A stretch of 42,484 nt of DNA from Acidimicrobiia bacterium (GTDB lineage Bacteria; Actinomycetota; Acidimicrobiia; Spongiisociales; UBA11373). Made by a program: the position numbers and the translations under genes. Below are positions 8,670 through 17,768 of this stretch, in pieces (positions within the stretch are counted from its first letter, which is position 1; each line of letters opens with the position of its first letter). The notes below the pieces were generated by a model. That model searched no databases and had not been told where the DNA came from. It saw nothing but the letters and a program-made list of their open reading frames with translations. The stretch is from NCBI GenBank assembly GCA_040878325.1, contig JBBDMM010000004.1, forward strand, positions 62,001-104,484, read 5' to 3'.

Positions 8670-9473
8670 GTGAAGACCCGGCAGCCGACATCGCTCGACC
8701 ACGCCCTCACCGCGCTGGCGGAGGACCCGGAGGCGACAATCCTCGCCGGGGGCACCGACCTCATGGTGTCGGTCAACTATCACGCCCTGCGCCCCTCGTC
8801 GGTGATCGGCATCCGCCGGGTCCCCGAACTTCAGGAGTGGGACGGCCAGTTCCTCGGGGCGGGCGTCACTTACAGCCGCATGGAGCGGGGGCCGATCGCG
8901 GCGCTGGCGCAGGCGGCCCGGACGGTGGGCTCCCCGCAGATCCGCAACGCCGGCACCCTGGGCGGCAACCTGGGCACTGCCAGCCCCGCCGGTGATGCTC
9001 TCCCGGTCCTCGCCGCCCTCGACGCCGAGATCGTGCTGCGCTCCGCCGCGGGCGAGCGGGTGGTCCGCTGGGACGAGTTCATCGTCGGCCCGAAGCAGAA
9101 CACCCGGCGGCCCGACGAGATCATCCTCGGGGCCCGACTCCCCCATCAGATCCCGCCGGGACAGGGGTTCGCAAAGATCGGCACCCGCAGTGCGATGGTG
9201 ATCGCAGTGGCGTCGTGCTGCGTGTTTCGCGACGAGGACGGGAGGACGACAATCGCCCTCGGCTCGGTTGGCCCCACTCCCGTTCGCCCTCGCCGGGCCG
9301 AAGCCATGATCTCCGCCGAGCGGAACCCGTCGGAGGCAGCGCTCGCCGAACTGCAGCGGTTGGTCTCCGAGGAGGTCTCCCCGATCACCGACCATCGCTC
9401 CACCGCCGGGTACCGCCGCCACGCCTCGGGGGTCATCGCCCGACGCCTGGTGGAGAAGATCCTCGGACGATGA
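8670..9473 (+). CDS. Xanthine dehydrogenase-family FAD-binding subunit (PucC/CoxM-like)
   Basis: LAGGTDL, VGSPQIRNAGTLGGNLGTASPAGD, PITDHRSTAGYRR; TAATCT-7 nt-GTG. Confidence 0.92.
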   Translation: MKTRQPTSLDHALTALAEDPEATILAGGTDLMVSVNYHALRPSSVIGIRRVPELQEWDGQFLGAGVTYSRMERGPIAALAQAARTVGSPQIRNAGTLGGNLGTASPAGDALPVLAALDAEIVLRSAAGERVVRWDEFIVGPKQNTRRPDEIILGARLPHQIPPGQGFAKIGTRSAMVIAVASCCVFRDEDGRTTIALGSVGPTPVRPRRAEAMISAERNPSEAALAELQRLVSEEVSPITDHRSTAGYRRHASGVIARRLVEKILGR

Positions 9474-9928
9474 CCCGCTTCACCGTCAACGGCACCGGGC
9501 ACACCGCCGACCCGATCGGGCCCGAGAGCCTGCTGACCACGCTGCGGGACCGCCTCGGCCTCTACGGCTCGAAGAACGCCTGCGAGCAGGGCGAGTGCGG
9601 ATCGTGCTCGGTGATCCTCGACGGCGAACTGGTGTGCTCGTGCCTGGTGATGACCGCCGACACCGACGGATCCACGATCGTGACCGTCGAGGGGCTGGCC
9701 GACGGCGACACCCTCCACCGGGTGCAGCAGGTGATGGTCGACGGGTCGGGGGTGCAATGTGGCTTCTGCACGCCGGGGATCGTCGTCGCCGCCGCCCACC
9801 TCTTCGACGCCAGCCCCGACCCCTCCGCAGAGGACATCCGCGAAGCGCTCGCCGGGAACATCTGCCGCTGTACCGGGTACGGGGCCATCGTCCGGGCGCT
9901 CCAGGCACTTTCGGGAGATGGTCAGTGA
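9470..9928 (+). CDS. Xanthine dehydrogenase-family 2x[2Fe-2S] subunit (PucE/CoxS-like)
   Basis: CEQGECGSC...CSC, QCGFCTPG, NICRCTGY; ATGA overlap with the upstream gene. Confidence 0.93.
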   Translation: MTRFTVNGTGHTADPIGPESLLTTLRDRLGLYGSKNACEQGECGSCSVILDGELVCSCLVMTADTDGSTIVTVEGLADGDTLHRVQQVMVDGSGVQCGFCTPGIVVAAAHLFDASPDPSAEDIREALAGNICRCTGYGAIVRALQALSGDGQ

Positions 9929-12144
9929 CCACCATCGCCCGCCCCCGGACCGAGCGCGGCGTGGGCGCCAGCGTCACCCGATCCGACGCCATCCCCAAGG
10001 TGAAGGGCGAATTCGCCTATTCGTCGGACCTCCACGCCGAGGGGATGCTCTGGGGTGCCACGGTCCGGAGCCCGCACGCTCACGCCCGGATTGTCTCGAT
10101 CGACGTCGCCCCCGCGCTGGCTCTTCCCGGTGTACACGCCGCCCTGACTATCGAGGACGTCCCAGGGCGCCGAGCCTTCGGGCTGGAGGATGCCGACCAG
10201 CCCGCCCTGGCCGACGGACTCGTGCGTTTCTGGGGAGAGGCGGTGGCGGTGGTCGCCGCCGACGACCGCGAGACCGCCCGCCGGGCCGCCGCCGCCGTCC
10301 GGGTGGAGTACGAGCCACTCCCGCCGCTGGCGGACCCCGAGGAGGCCGAACGAATCGGATCGACCTTCCGGGTGATGAACATCGTCAACGGGAATCCGGA
10401 GGCACACGGATCGGTGGCCGTCGAGGGTTACTACGAGGTGGGCCAGCAGGACCAGGCGCCCCTTGGTACCGAGAGCGGCATCGCCATCCCCGATGGCGAA
10501 GGGGGGGTCGACCTCTACATCTCCACTCAATGGCTCCATGTCGACCATGAACAAGTCGTCGCCACCCTCGGCCTCCGGCCCGAGCAGGTGCGGCTTCACA
10601 TGGCCGGGATCGGCGGCGCGTTCGGGGCGCGCGAGGACCTGAGCCTCCAGGTACACCTTTGCCTGCTCGCTCTTCACACGGGGCGCCCGGTGAAGATGGT
10701 CTACGACCGAGCGGAATCGTTCGTCGGGCACGTCCACCGGCATCCGGCCCGCATGTGGTATCGCCACGAGGCCGATTCGAACGGGAAGCTTCGCCGGGTA
10801 GAAGCCCGGCTGCTGCTCGACGGCGGGGCATACGCCTCGACCAGCTCCGCCGTGCTCGCCAACGCCTGCTACTTCGCGGTGGGCCCGTATCACTGCGACG
10901 CGGTCGAGGTGCATGGGGCGGCGGTACGCACCAACAACCCCCCGGCGGGGGCGATGCGAGGCTTTGGCGCGGTCCAGTCATGCTTCGGGTACGAGTCACA
11001 GATGGATCGCCTCGCCACCGCACTCGGCATCGACCCGATCGACCTGCGGTTGATGAACGCCCTGGAATCGGGCGACCGCCTCGCCACCACCGGCCAGCTG
11101 ATCGAGGGCTCCCTCCCCACCCGACGGGTGATCGAAGCACTGCGGGCGATGCCGCTTTTCGACTCCGTTTCCGACGACCCGCGCCGGTTGCCCGGCGGCA
11201 CCGGGCTCACCACCCCGACGACGGCGGTGCGTCGAGGTATCGGGTTCGCCGTCAGCATCAAGAACCTGGCGTTCTCCGAGTCCTTCGACGACTACGCCGA
11301 GGCAAGGGCGGTGCTGACTTCCGACGGTCTGGAGATCCATACTGCCGCCGCCGAGGTCGGGCAGGGGCTGGTCTCGGTGGTGGAGCAACTTGCCCGAACG
11401 GTCACCGGCGTCGAACAGGTGCGGATGGTGTGGGTGGACACCTCGCGGATCGGGTCGGCCGGCTCGACCTCGGCCTCCCGCCAGACACAGATGACCGGCG
11501 GCGCGGTAGTGGCAGCGTGCGAGACCTTGCTCGCCGAGGCGCTACTACGCGGCGGTGGAGATCGGCTCGACGACCGCGGTGTCTGGCGCGGCGAAGAACT
11601 TGTGGCGACCACCGCCGACCTGCTCGCCAGCGGACCCATCGAGCACCTGGAGAGGTTCCACCACCCCCCCACCGAACGGCCCGACGACCAGGGCCGGGGC
11701 AAGGTGCATGCCGGGTACGCCATCGCTGCCCACCGGGCAGTGGTCGATGTCGACCCCGACCTCGGCCTGGTGCGGGTGGTGCGGGTCGACACCGCCCAGG
11801 ATGTCGGCAAGGCAATCAACCCGGCGGCGGTGATCGGCCAGATCGAGGGCGGGATCATGCAAGGCGTCGGCCTGGCGGTCATGGAGGAGATCGTTCTCGA
11901 CCAGGGCGTGATGAAGAACGCCTCGTTCACCGACTACCTACTGCCCACCTTCCTCGATGCCCCCGACGTGGAAGCGATCCTGATCGAGGAACCCGACCAC
12001 TGGGGTCCGTTTGGCGCCAAGGGTGTCGGCGAACCGCCCACGATCTCGTCCACCCCGGCAGTCGTGGCCGCCATCCGCAACGCCACCGGCCGCGACCTGA
12101 CCCGAGTGCCGGTGAGGCCGGAGCACATAGTGTTTTCCGAGTAG
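9925..12144 (+). CDS. Xanthine dehydrogenase-family molybdopterin-binding subunit (PucD-like)
   Basis: VRSPHAHARI, IGGAFGAREDLS, AGAMRGFG, EVGQG, STSASR, GQIEGG, GAKGVGEPP; GTGA overlap with the Fe-S gene. Confidence 0.93.
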   Translation: MTTIARPRTERGVGASVTRSDAIPKVKGEFAYSSDLHAEGMLWGATVRSPHAHARIVSIDVAPALALPGVHAALTIEDVPGRRAFGLEDADQPALADGLVRFWGEAVAVVAADDRETARRAAAAVRVEYEPLPPLADPEEAERIGSTFRVMNIVNGNPEAHGSVAVEGYYEVGQQDQAPLGTESGIAIPDGEGGVDLYISTQWLHVDHEQVVATLGLRPEQVRLHMAGIGGAFGAREDLSLQVHLCLLALHTGRPVKMVYDRAESFVGHVHRHPARMWYRHEADSNGKLRRVEARLLLDGGAYASTSSAVLANACYFAVGPYHCDAVEVHGAAVRTNNPPAGAMRGFGAVQSCFGYESQMDRLATALGIDPIDLRLMNALESGDRLATTGQLIEGSLPTRRVIEALRAMPLFDSVSDDPRRLPGGTGLTTPTTAVRRGIGFAVSIKNLAFSESFDDYAEARAVLTSDGLEIHTAAAEVGQGLVSVVEQLARTVTGVEQVRMVWVDTSRIGSAGSTSASRQTQMTGGAVVAACETLLAEALLRGGGDRLDDRGVWRGEELVATTADLLASGPIEHLERFHHPPTERPDDQGRGKVHAGYAIAAHRAVVDVDPDLGLVRVVRVDTAQDVGKAINPAAVIGQIEGGIMQGVGLAVMEEIVLDQGVMKNASFTDYLLPTFLDAPDVEAILIEEPDHWGPFGAKGVGEPPTISSTPAVVAAIRNATGRDLTRVPVRPEHIVFSE

Positions 12145-12179
12145 GCCCCGGCTACGGCTCCAGCTCCAGCCAGACCCGG

Positions 12180-12306
12180 CCGCCCGCCTCCCGCCGCCCG
12201 CCTCCCGCAAGAGTCAAGAATCAAGAACCAAGAGTCAGGAGCGAGCATTGACAGCGCCTCTTGCCAATCCATTTGCCAATTGCGGGCCGAGCGAAGCGAG
12301 GCCCCT
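12180..12306 (+). repeat. Heptamer mosaic (CCGCCCG/CCTCCCG)x4 + (CAAGA(G/A)(T/C))x4, then GGGCCGAGCGAAGCGAGGCCCC hairpin
   Basis: Eight abutting 7-mers at 12180-12235. The hairpin at 12284-12305 recurs at 17747 and 33692. Confidence 0.85.
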
Positions 12307-13440
12307 CTGAACATCGCTGTGATCGGCGGCGGGATCGCGGGTGCTTCGGTCGCCTATGAATTGTCCGCGCGCGCCGAGGTCGCTCTGTTCGAACAGGAGC
12401 CGATCTGCGGATACCACTCCACCGGGCGGTCGGCCGCGTTGTTCACCGAGTGTTATGGGGACCCGGTGGTCCGCCGGCTCGCCATCGCCAGCCGGCCGTT
12501 CCTCGCGGCTCCTCCCCCCGGGTTCTCCGATTCGCCCCTGGTGACACCCCGGTCACTTCTGTTCGTCGGCACCGCCGACCAGGCACCGGCCCTGGCGACT
12601 GCGCTCGAGGAGTTTCGGGCGATGGTCCCCACCGTCAAAGGGGTCGGCGGGGAGGAGGCCCGCGCCCTGTGCCCGGTCCTCGACCCGGAGGTGGTGGCCG
12701 GCGGAATCCTCGAACCGGGGGCGATGGACATCGACGTCCACGCTCTGCACCTCGGGTACCAGCAAGCGGCGCGCACCCGGGGAGCGCGAATCCTCACCCG
12801 GTCTCCGGTCGTGAATCTGCGCCTCAACGGAGGCTCCTGGACGGTTGCCACCCCGGACGGCAACCACGAAGCCGACATCGTCGTCAACGCGGCCGGTGCG
12901 TGGGCCGACGTAGTGGGGGGCATGGCGGGGACGCATCCGATCGGGCTGGTGCCCAAGCGGCGGACCGCATTCACTTTCCGACCCCCTGACGGGTTCGACC
13001 ACCGACGCTGGCCGATGGTGATCGACGTGGACGAGCACTGGTACTTCCGGCCGGAGGGCGCCCACCTGCTGGCGTCACCCGCCGACGAGACGGCCATGCA
13101 TCCGTGCGACGCCCGGCACGAGGAGGCCGATGTCGCGCTGGCCATCGAGCGCATCACCGCGGTGACGACGATGCCGATCCGCTCGATCGAGCGCGCCTGG
13201 GCCGGGCTGCGGTCGTTCGTCGCCGACCATCGCCCGGTCAACGGCTGGGACCCCGAGGTGCCCGGCTTCTACTGGCTCGCCGCGCAGGGCGGTTTCGGCA
13301 TCAAGACCGCCCCGGCGATGGCCAGGTTCGCCGAGGGCACGATCCTGGACGGCGCTCCCCCGGCCGACCTCACCCGGGCAGGACTGAGTGCCGGGGCCCT
13401 TTCACCGGCGCGGCTGGCGACCGAGGCCGAAAGCACCTGA
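12280..13440 (+). CDS. FAD-dependent oxidoreductase, DAO family (D-amino-acid dehydrogenase-like)
   Basis: IAVIGGGIAG, GYHSTGRSAA, VVNAAGAW, WAGLRSF, QGGFGI. The start codon is uncertain (TTG inside a repeat). Confidence 0.88.
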   Translation: MRAERSEAPLNIAVIGGGIAGASVAYELSARAEVALFEQEPICGYHSTGRSAALFTECYGDPVVRRLAIASRPFLAAPPPGFSDSPLVTPRSLLFVGTADQAPALATALEEFRAMVPTVKGVGGEEARALCPVLDPEVVAGGILEPGAMDIDVHALHLGYQQAARTRGARILTRSPVVNLRLNGGSWTVATPDGNHEADIVVNAAGAWADVVGGMAGTHPIGLVPKRRTAFTFRPPDGFDHRRWPMVIDVDEHWYFRPEGAHLLASPADETAMHPCDARHEEADVALAIERITAVTTMPIRSIERAWAGLRSFVADHRPVNGWDPEVPGFYWLAAQGGFGIKTAPAMARFAEGTILDGAPPADLTRAGLSAGALSPARLATEAEST

Positions 13441-13515
13441 CCGGAGGCCCACCGGCCAGGTTAGATTTCAGGACGAGGCAGCAGCCGCGCCCGTAGCGCC
13501 GATCCTGGAGGACCG

Positions 13516-14778
13516 ATGGCGAAGCGGAGCGACCCCGCGGAGACCGCTCTCCACCCCGAGAGCCTGATGATGTCCTACGGCTACGAGCCGGAGTGGTCCG
13601 AAGGGGCGGTGTCCCCTCCCATCTTCCAGACCTCGACCTTCGTCTTCCCCAATGCCGCGGCCGGCAAGCGATGCTTCCAGGTTGCCTATGGCCTGGCCGA
13701 CGCCGAGCCGGGCGAGCGGCCCCACCTGATCTACTCGCGCATCAACAACCCCAACCTGGAGATCGCAGAGGACCGCCTCGCCTTGTGGGATGGCGCCGAG
13801 AGAGGGGCGGTGTTCGTCAGCGGGATGGCGGCGATCACCACCACCATGTGGGCTCACCTGCGGCCGGGCGATGTGATCGCCGCGAGCACCCCGATCTACG
13901 GCGGCACCCAACATTTCATCGATTCGGTGCTGCCGGAGTTCGGCGTCCGGGTGGTCCGTTTCGGCCCGCATGAGACGGCCGACCAGATCGCCGCCGCCAT
14001 CGACGGTGCCGGGGGACCACTCGGAATGGTCTACGCCGAGACGCCGGCCAATCCGACCAACGACCTGATCGACCTGGCGATGTGCACCCAACTCGCCGCC
14101 CGGTTCTCCACCCTCGACCGCAAGGTGCCGTTCGCGGTGGACAACACCTTCCTGGGGCCGGTGTTTCAGCGGCCCATCGACCATGGCGCCGACATCGTCC
14201 TGTACTCGGCCACCAAGTACCTCGGAGGACACGGTGACATCATCGCCGGCGCCGCCACCGGCTCGGCCGAGATGATGGGGCCGATCCGGGCGATGCGCAC
14301 CTTCACCGGGAGCATGATGAGCCCGTTCACGGCCTGGCTGTTGCTGCGGAGCCTCACCACGCTGCGAATGCGAATGGAGCATCAGGCCGACTCGGCCCGA
14401 AAGGTGGCCGACTACCTCCGTGGGCACCCCAAGGTCACCGCGGTGAACTACCTGGGCCACATCGAGGCGGGCGACCCCCGCCACGACCGGTTCAAAGAGC
14501 AGTGCCTCGGCGCCGGCGGGATGATCTCCTTCGAAATCGACGGCGGTGAACCGGAGTGCTATCGCTTCCTCGACGGGCTCCGGCTCTTCAAGCTGGCGGT
14601 GAGCCTCGGGTCCGTCGAGTCCCTCGCCGAGCACCCCTGTTCGATGACCCATTGCGAGGCCGGGCCGGAGGAGAACGCCAAGATCGGAATCACCGAGAGC
14701 CTGGTGCGCCTCTCCATCGGGGTCGAACATCCCGACGATCTGATCCGCGACATCGCCAGGGCGCTCGATCAAGTCTGA
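13516..14778 (+). CDS. PLP-dependent trans-sulfuration enzyme (cystathionine gamma-synthase / methionine gamma-lyase family)
   Basis: PPIFQTSTF, YSRINNP, SGMAAI, ETPANPT, DNTF, YSATKYLGGHGD, AVSLGSVESL; SD GGAGG. Confidence 0.92.
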   Translation: MAKRSDPAETALHPESLMMSYGYEPEWSEGAVSPPIFQTSTFVFPNAAAGKRCFQVAYGLADAEPGERPHLIYSRINNPNLEIAEDRLALWDGAERGAVFVSGMAAITTTMWAHLRPGDVIAASTPIYGGTQHFIDSVLPEFGVRVVRFGPHETADQIAAAIDGAGGPLGMVYAETPANPTNDLIDLAMCTQLAARFSTLDRKVPFAVDNTFLGPVFQRPIDHGADIVLYSATKYLGGHGDIIAGAATGSAEMMGPIRAMRTFTGSMMSPFTAWLLLRSLTTLRMRMEHQADSARKVADYLRGHPKVTAVNYLGHIEAGDPRHDRFKEQCLGAGGMISFEIDGGEPECYRFLDGLRLFKLAVSLGSVESLAEHPCSMTHCEAGPEENAKIGITESLVRLSIGVEHPDDLIRDIARALDQV

Positions 14779-14809
14779 GGTAGCTCGCACCTCCCTTTAC
14801 GATCGAGCC

Positions 14810-16048
14810 ATGAGACGCATCGCGCTCGCGATCGTGTTGCTGCTGGTCGGGGGTTGCGGGGACGATGGGGCGGTCCAATCGACCACCACGACCCCGGTGA
14901 CGACAACGGCGGGTATGACCACCTCGACGAACCCCACCTCGTCGACCACGCTCGGATCGACCACGACGACGGCTCCGGCCGAGTCAGTGCCTCTCGATAC
15001 CGTCGGTGAGCTGGTGCTCGATCCTGTCGGTGAAGGCTTCGCCTCCCCCGTGTTCGTGACGGCGCGACCGGGCGACGACCGGCTCTACGTCGTCAACCAG
15101 GAAGGCACCGTCCAGTCGATGAGCCGCGACGGCGGCGATGTGCAGCTGGTTCTCGACATTCGCGACAGGGTGTGGTTCGCGGGCGAACGCGGTCTGCTCG
15201 GCCTGGCTTTCCATCCAGATGATCCCGAACGCGCCTTCGTCCACTACTCCCGAAATGGGGACTTCTCCACGACCATCGTCGAGTATCACATGCCGACCGA
15301 TGGCTCCGACCCCGAGCGCGTCCAGCTGATCCTCCGCCACCCCCAGCCCGCCCAGAATCACAACGGGGGGATGATCGCCTTCGGACCCGACGGGTACCTC
15401 TACATCGCCCTCGGCGATGGAGGTGGCGGTGGCGACCAGTACCGCAACGGCCAGGACCCCTCCACTCTTCTCGGCGCGATCCTCCGCATCGACGTCGACT
15501 CCGGCGACCCATACGCGATTCCCAGCGACAACCCGTTCGCCGATGGATCGGATGGGGCGCCCGAGGTGTTCTTCTGGGGTTTGCGCAATCCCTGGAGATT
15601 CAGCTTCGACGGCACCGACTTGTGGGTCGCCGACGTGGGGCAGGGTTCATGGGAGGAGATCAACCGCGTCGGCCTCGACATGCGCGGAGCGAATTTCGGC
15701 TGGCCGATCCTCGAAGGAACCCACTGCTACGACGGTCCCGAGGAGCTGTGCGAAGACGATGTCTTCATCGGACCCGTTTACGAGTACTCCCACGACGACG
15801 GCAGATGCTCGGTGACCGGGGGCTACGTGTACCGCGGTGCGAACCACCCCGAACTGGACGGCGTGTACTTCTTCGGCGACTACTGCTCCACCGAAATCAT
15901 GGTGATCCGGGTCGAGGGCGGCGAGGTCATCGACTCCCGCATCTTCGCCACCGGGCTGGAGCACTTGTCGTCGTTCGGTGTCGACCATGACGGCGAGCTC
16001 TACGTCACCACGGCGTCCGGGGTCTACCGAATCGGCTTCGACGCCTAG
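14810..16048 (+). CDS. PQQ-dependent sugar (glucose/sorbosone) dehydrogenase lipoprotein
   Basis: Lipobox VGGC, Thr-rich linker, GERGLLGLAFHP, NHNGG, FGPDGYLY, GLRNPWRFSFD. Confidence 0.9.
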   Translation: MRRIALAIVLLLVGGCGDDGAVQSTTTTPVTTTAGMTTSTNPTSSTTLGSTTTTAPAESVPLDTVGELVLDPVGEGFASPVFVTARPGDDRLYVVNQEGTVQSMSRDGGDVQLVLDIRDRVWFAGERGLLGLAFHPDDPERAFVHYSRNGDFSTTIVEYHMPTDGSDPERVQLILRHPQPAQNHNGGMIAFGPDGYLYIALGDGGGGGDQYRNGQDPSTLLGAILRIDVDSGDPYAIPSDNPFADGSDGAPEVFFWGLRNPWRFSFDGTDLWVADVGQGSWEEINRVGLDMRGANFGWPILEGTHCYDGPEELCEDDVFIGPVYEYSHDDGRCSVTGGYVYRGANHPELDGVYFFGDYCSTEIMVIRVEGGEVIDSRIFATGLEHLSSFGVDHDGELYVTTASGVYRIGFDA

Positions 16049-17205
16049 GGACGGGTGACACTGCCGGCGAATCGGCATGTCTCGTCGTAGTCCACCAATG
16101 CCGGAGGACGGGACTCGTCGGCGCACGCCGGGCACGTCGGGTCTCGATCGAAGCGCAGTTCGGCGAACTCCTGGGCAAGGGCGTCGTAAGAGATCAGGCG
16201 GCCCCGCAGCGTCTCACCCACGCCGAGGATCGCCTTCACGGCCTCCACTGCCTGCATCGAGCCGATCACCCCCGGTAGCGCGCCCAGCACCCCCGCCTCG
16301 GCGCAATTGGGGGCGAACTCGGGAGGCGGGGGTTGCGGGAACAGGCACCGATAGCAAGGCCCCCGATACGGGTCGAACACCGTCACCTGCCCCTCCCACC
16401 GGAAGATCGATCCGTGCACCACCGGGATCCGGAGGTGCAGCGACGCGTCGTTGAGCAGGTAGCGGGTGGGGAAGTTGTCGGCGCCGTCGACCACGACGTC
16501 GTATCCCTCCATGAGGCCGAGGGCGTTGCCGGCCTTGATCGCCACGGGGTGCGGGATCACCTCGACATCGTCGTTGAGCCGATGCAGCGTCTCCGCCGCG
16601 GAGGCCACTTTCGGGACACCGAGCCGGGTGCCGTCGTGCAGCACCTGGCGCTGCAGATTGGTCACGTCGACCACATCTGGATCGACCACCCCGATCGTGC
16701 CCACACCCGCGGCGGCGAGGTACAGCAGCGCCGGCGAACCAAGCCCGCCGGCTCCGACCACCAGGACTCGAGCATCGAGCAGCCGCTGCTGCCCCGCCTC
16801 GCCGATCTCGCGCAGAACGAGGTGCCGGGCATACCGCCCGCTCCGGGTTTGCTCGGATGCCATCGCCACGGGGTGACCTGCCCGACGCCACATGTCCATG
16901 CCACCCGCCAGGGAAGCGACATTGGAGTAGCCCAGGGTCTCGAGAGTCTTGGCGGCGAAGGCCGAGCGATTCCCATGGGCGCAGTAGAGAACCACCGCCG
17001 TTCCAGGGTCGGGGGTGATTTCGCCGATCGATCCCATCAGGCTGCCCTGCGGCACCAGGTGCGCTCCCTCGATGATCCCCGAGGCGTACTCGAAGACCTC
17101 CCTGATGTCGACCAGCACCGGGGGCGGATCGGCGGATGCCAACTCGTCCACCGACACCTCGCGAATCACGGCTCGCATCCGGGCCACCAGCTCGCCGTAC
17201 GTCAT
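16045..17205 (-). CDS. moeB: MoeB/MoeZ-type E1-like adenylyltransferase with N-terminal rhodanese domain
   Basis: Rhodanese LYCAHGNRS, RYARH, VVGAGGLGSP, TNLQRQ, DGADNF, CYRC and CPAC. Start trimmed to MTYGEL. Confidence 0.9.
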   Translation of the reverse strand: MTYGELVARMRAVIREVSVDELASADPPPVLVDIREVFEYASGIIEGAHLVPQGSLMGSIGEITPDPGTAVVLYCAHGNRSAFAAKTLETLGYSNVASLAGGMDMWRRAGHPVAMASEQTRSGRYARHLVLREIGEAGQQRLLDARVLVVGAGGLGSPALLYLAAAGVGTIGVVDPDVVDVTNLQRQVLHDGTRLGVPKVASAAETLHRLNDDVEVIPHPVAIKAGNALGLMEGYDVVVDGADNFPTRYLLNDASLHLRIPVVHGSIFRWEGQVTVFDPYRGPCYRCLFPQPPPPEFAPNCAEAGVLGALPGVIGSMQAVEAVKAILGVGETLRGRLISYDALAQEFAELRFDRDPTCPACADESRPPALVDYDETCRFAGSVTRP

Positions 17206-17621
17206 CGAGCCCCCTCGGTGACGGGCACGACCTCGATCGGTTCCTCCACCGCCCTTCCCGTTCGAATCCACCAACCTCGGAGCTCGGGCGTCTCGGGATC
17301 CGCAAGCCCCACGATCAGATACACCCAGTCCGGTTCCAGGGCACGGGAGATGTCCGTCTGCGACGGGACCGCGGCAGTGCGGGGATGCGAGTGGAACGAG
17401 CCGCCCAAAGACCACCCGTTGGATTCGGCATCGCCGAGCGAGGCAAAGTGCTGGTCGGGATCGACGGTGAACGAGAAGGGCGACCGGTCGACATTGTCCA
17501 GGCAATACGCCCGCCGCACCCGGCCGTCACCATCCACAGCCAACAAGCCGCACGCCTCGTTCGGATGGCCCGCCCGAGCATGCAGGACGATCTCTGCGCG
17601 AATGGCTTCAGAAAGCAGCAT
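17202..17621 (-). CDS. mec: JAB/JAMM (M67) metallopeptidase, Mec-like
   Basis: PNEACGLL and FHSHPRTAAVPSQTD JAMM motif; ATGA overlap with moeB. Confidence 0.88.
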   Translation of the reverse strand: MLLSEAIRAEIVLHARAGHPNEACGLLAVDGDGRVRRAYCLDNVDRSPFSFTVDPDQHFASLGDAESNGWSLGGSFHSHPRTAAVPSQTDISRALEPDWVYLIVGLADPETPELRGWWIRTGRAVEEPIEVVPVTEGAR

Positions 17622-17640
17622 GGAAAGAGGACGGTAACGC

Positions 17641-17768
17641 AGTCTCCAGTCTCGAGTCTTCGGGAACGAGCCCTCGGCCATCCGGCTTCCGCAGGAAGGC
17701 GCCTCCTGCCTTTCCGTCGAATTGCGAATCGCGAATTGCGAATTGCGGGGCCGAGCGAAGCGAGGCCC
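17641..17768 (+). repeat. Heptamer mosaic (AGTCTCC-like)x3, (GCCATCC/GGCTTCC), (GAATTGC)x4 + GCGAAGC hairpin
   Basis: 17713-17768 is nearly identical to 33658-33713. Confidence 0.88.

Noticed and set aside
8670..12144. Aerobic CO dehydrogenase (coxMSL)
   Set aside because: The active-site loop is AGAMRGFG, not the AYXCSFR or AYXGAGR CoxL signatures; it fits the xanthine dehydrogenase family.
13468..14790. Long antisense or alternate-frame ORFs (e.g. 13468-14790, 16333-17637, 31016-32425, 10659-12251)
   Set aside because: Typical high-GC shadow frames over well-supported genes; no recognisable motifs.
17256..17275. tRNA T-loop-like GTTCGAATCC
   Set aside because: Lies inside the mec coding sequence with no cloverleaf around it; no tRNA or rRNA was recognised in the window.
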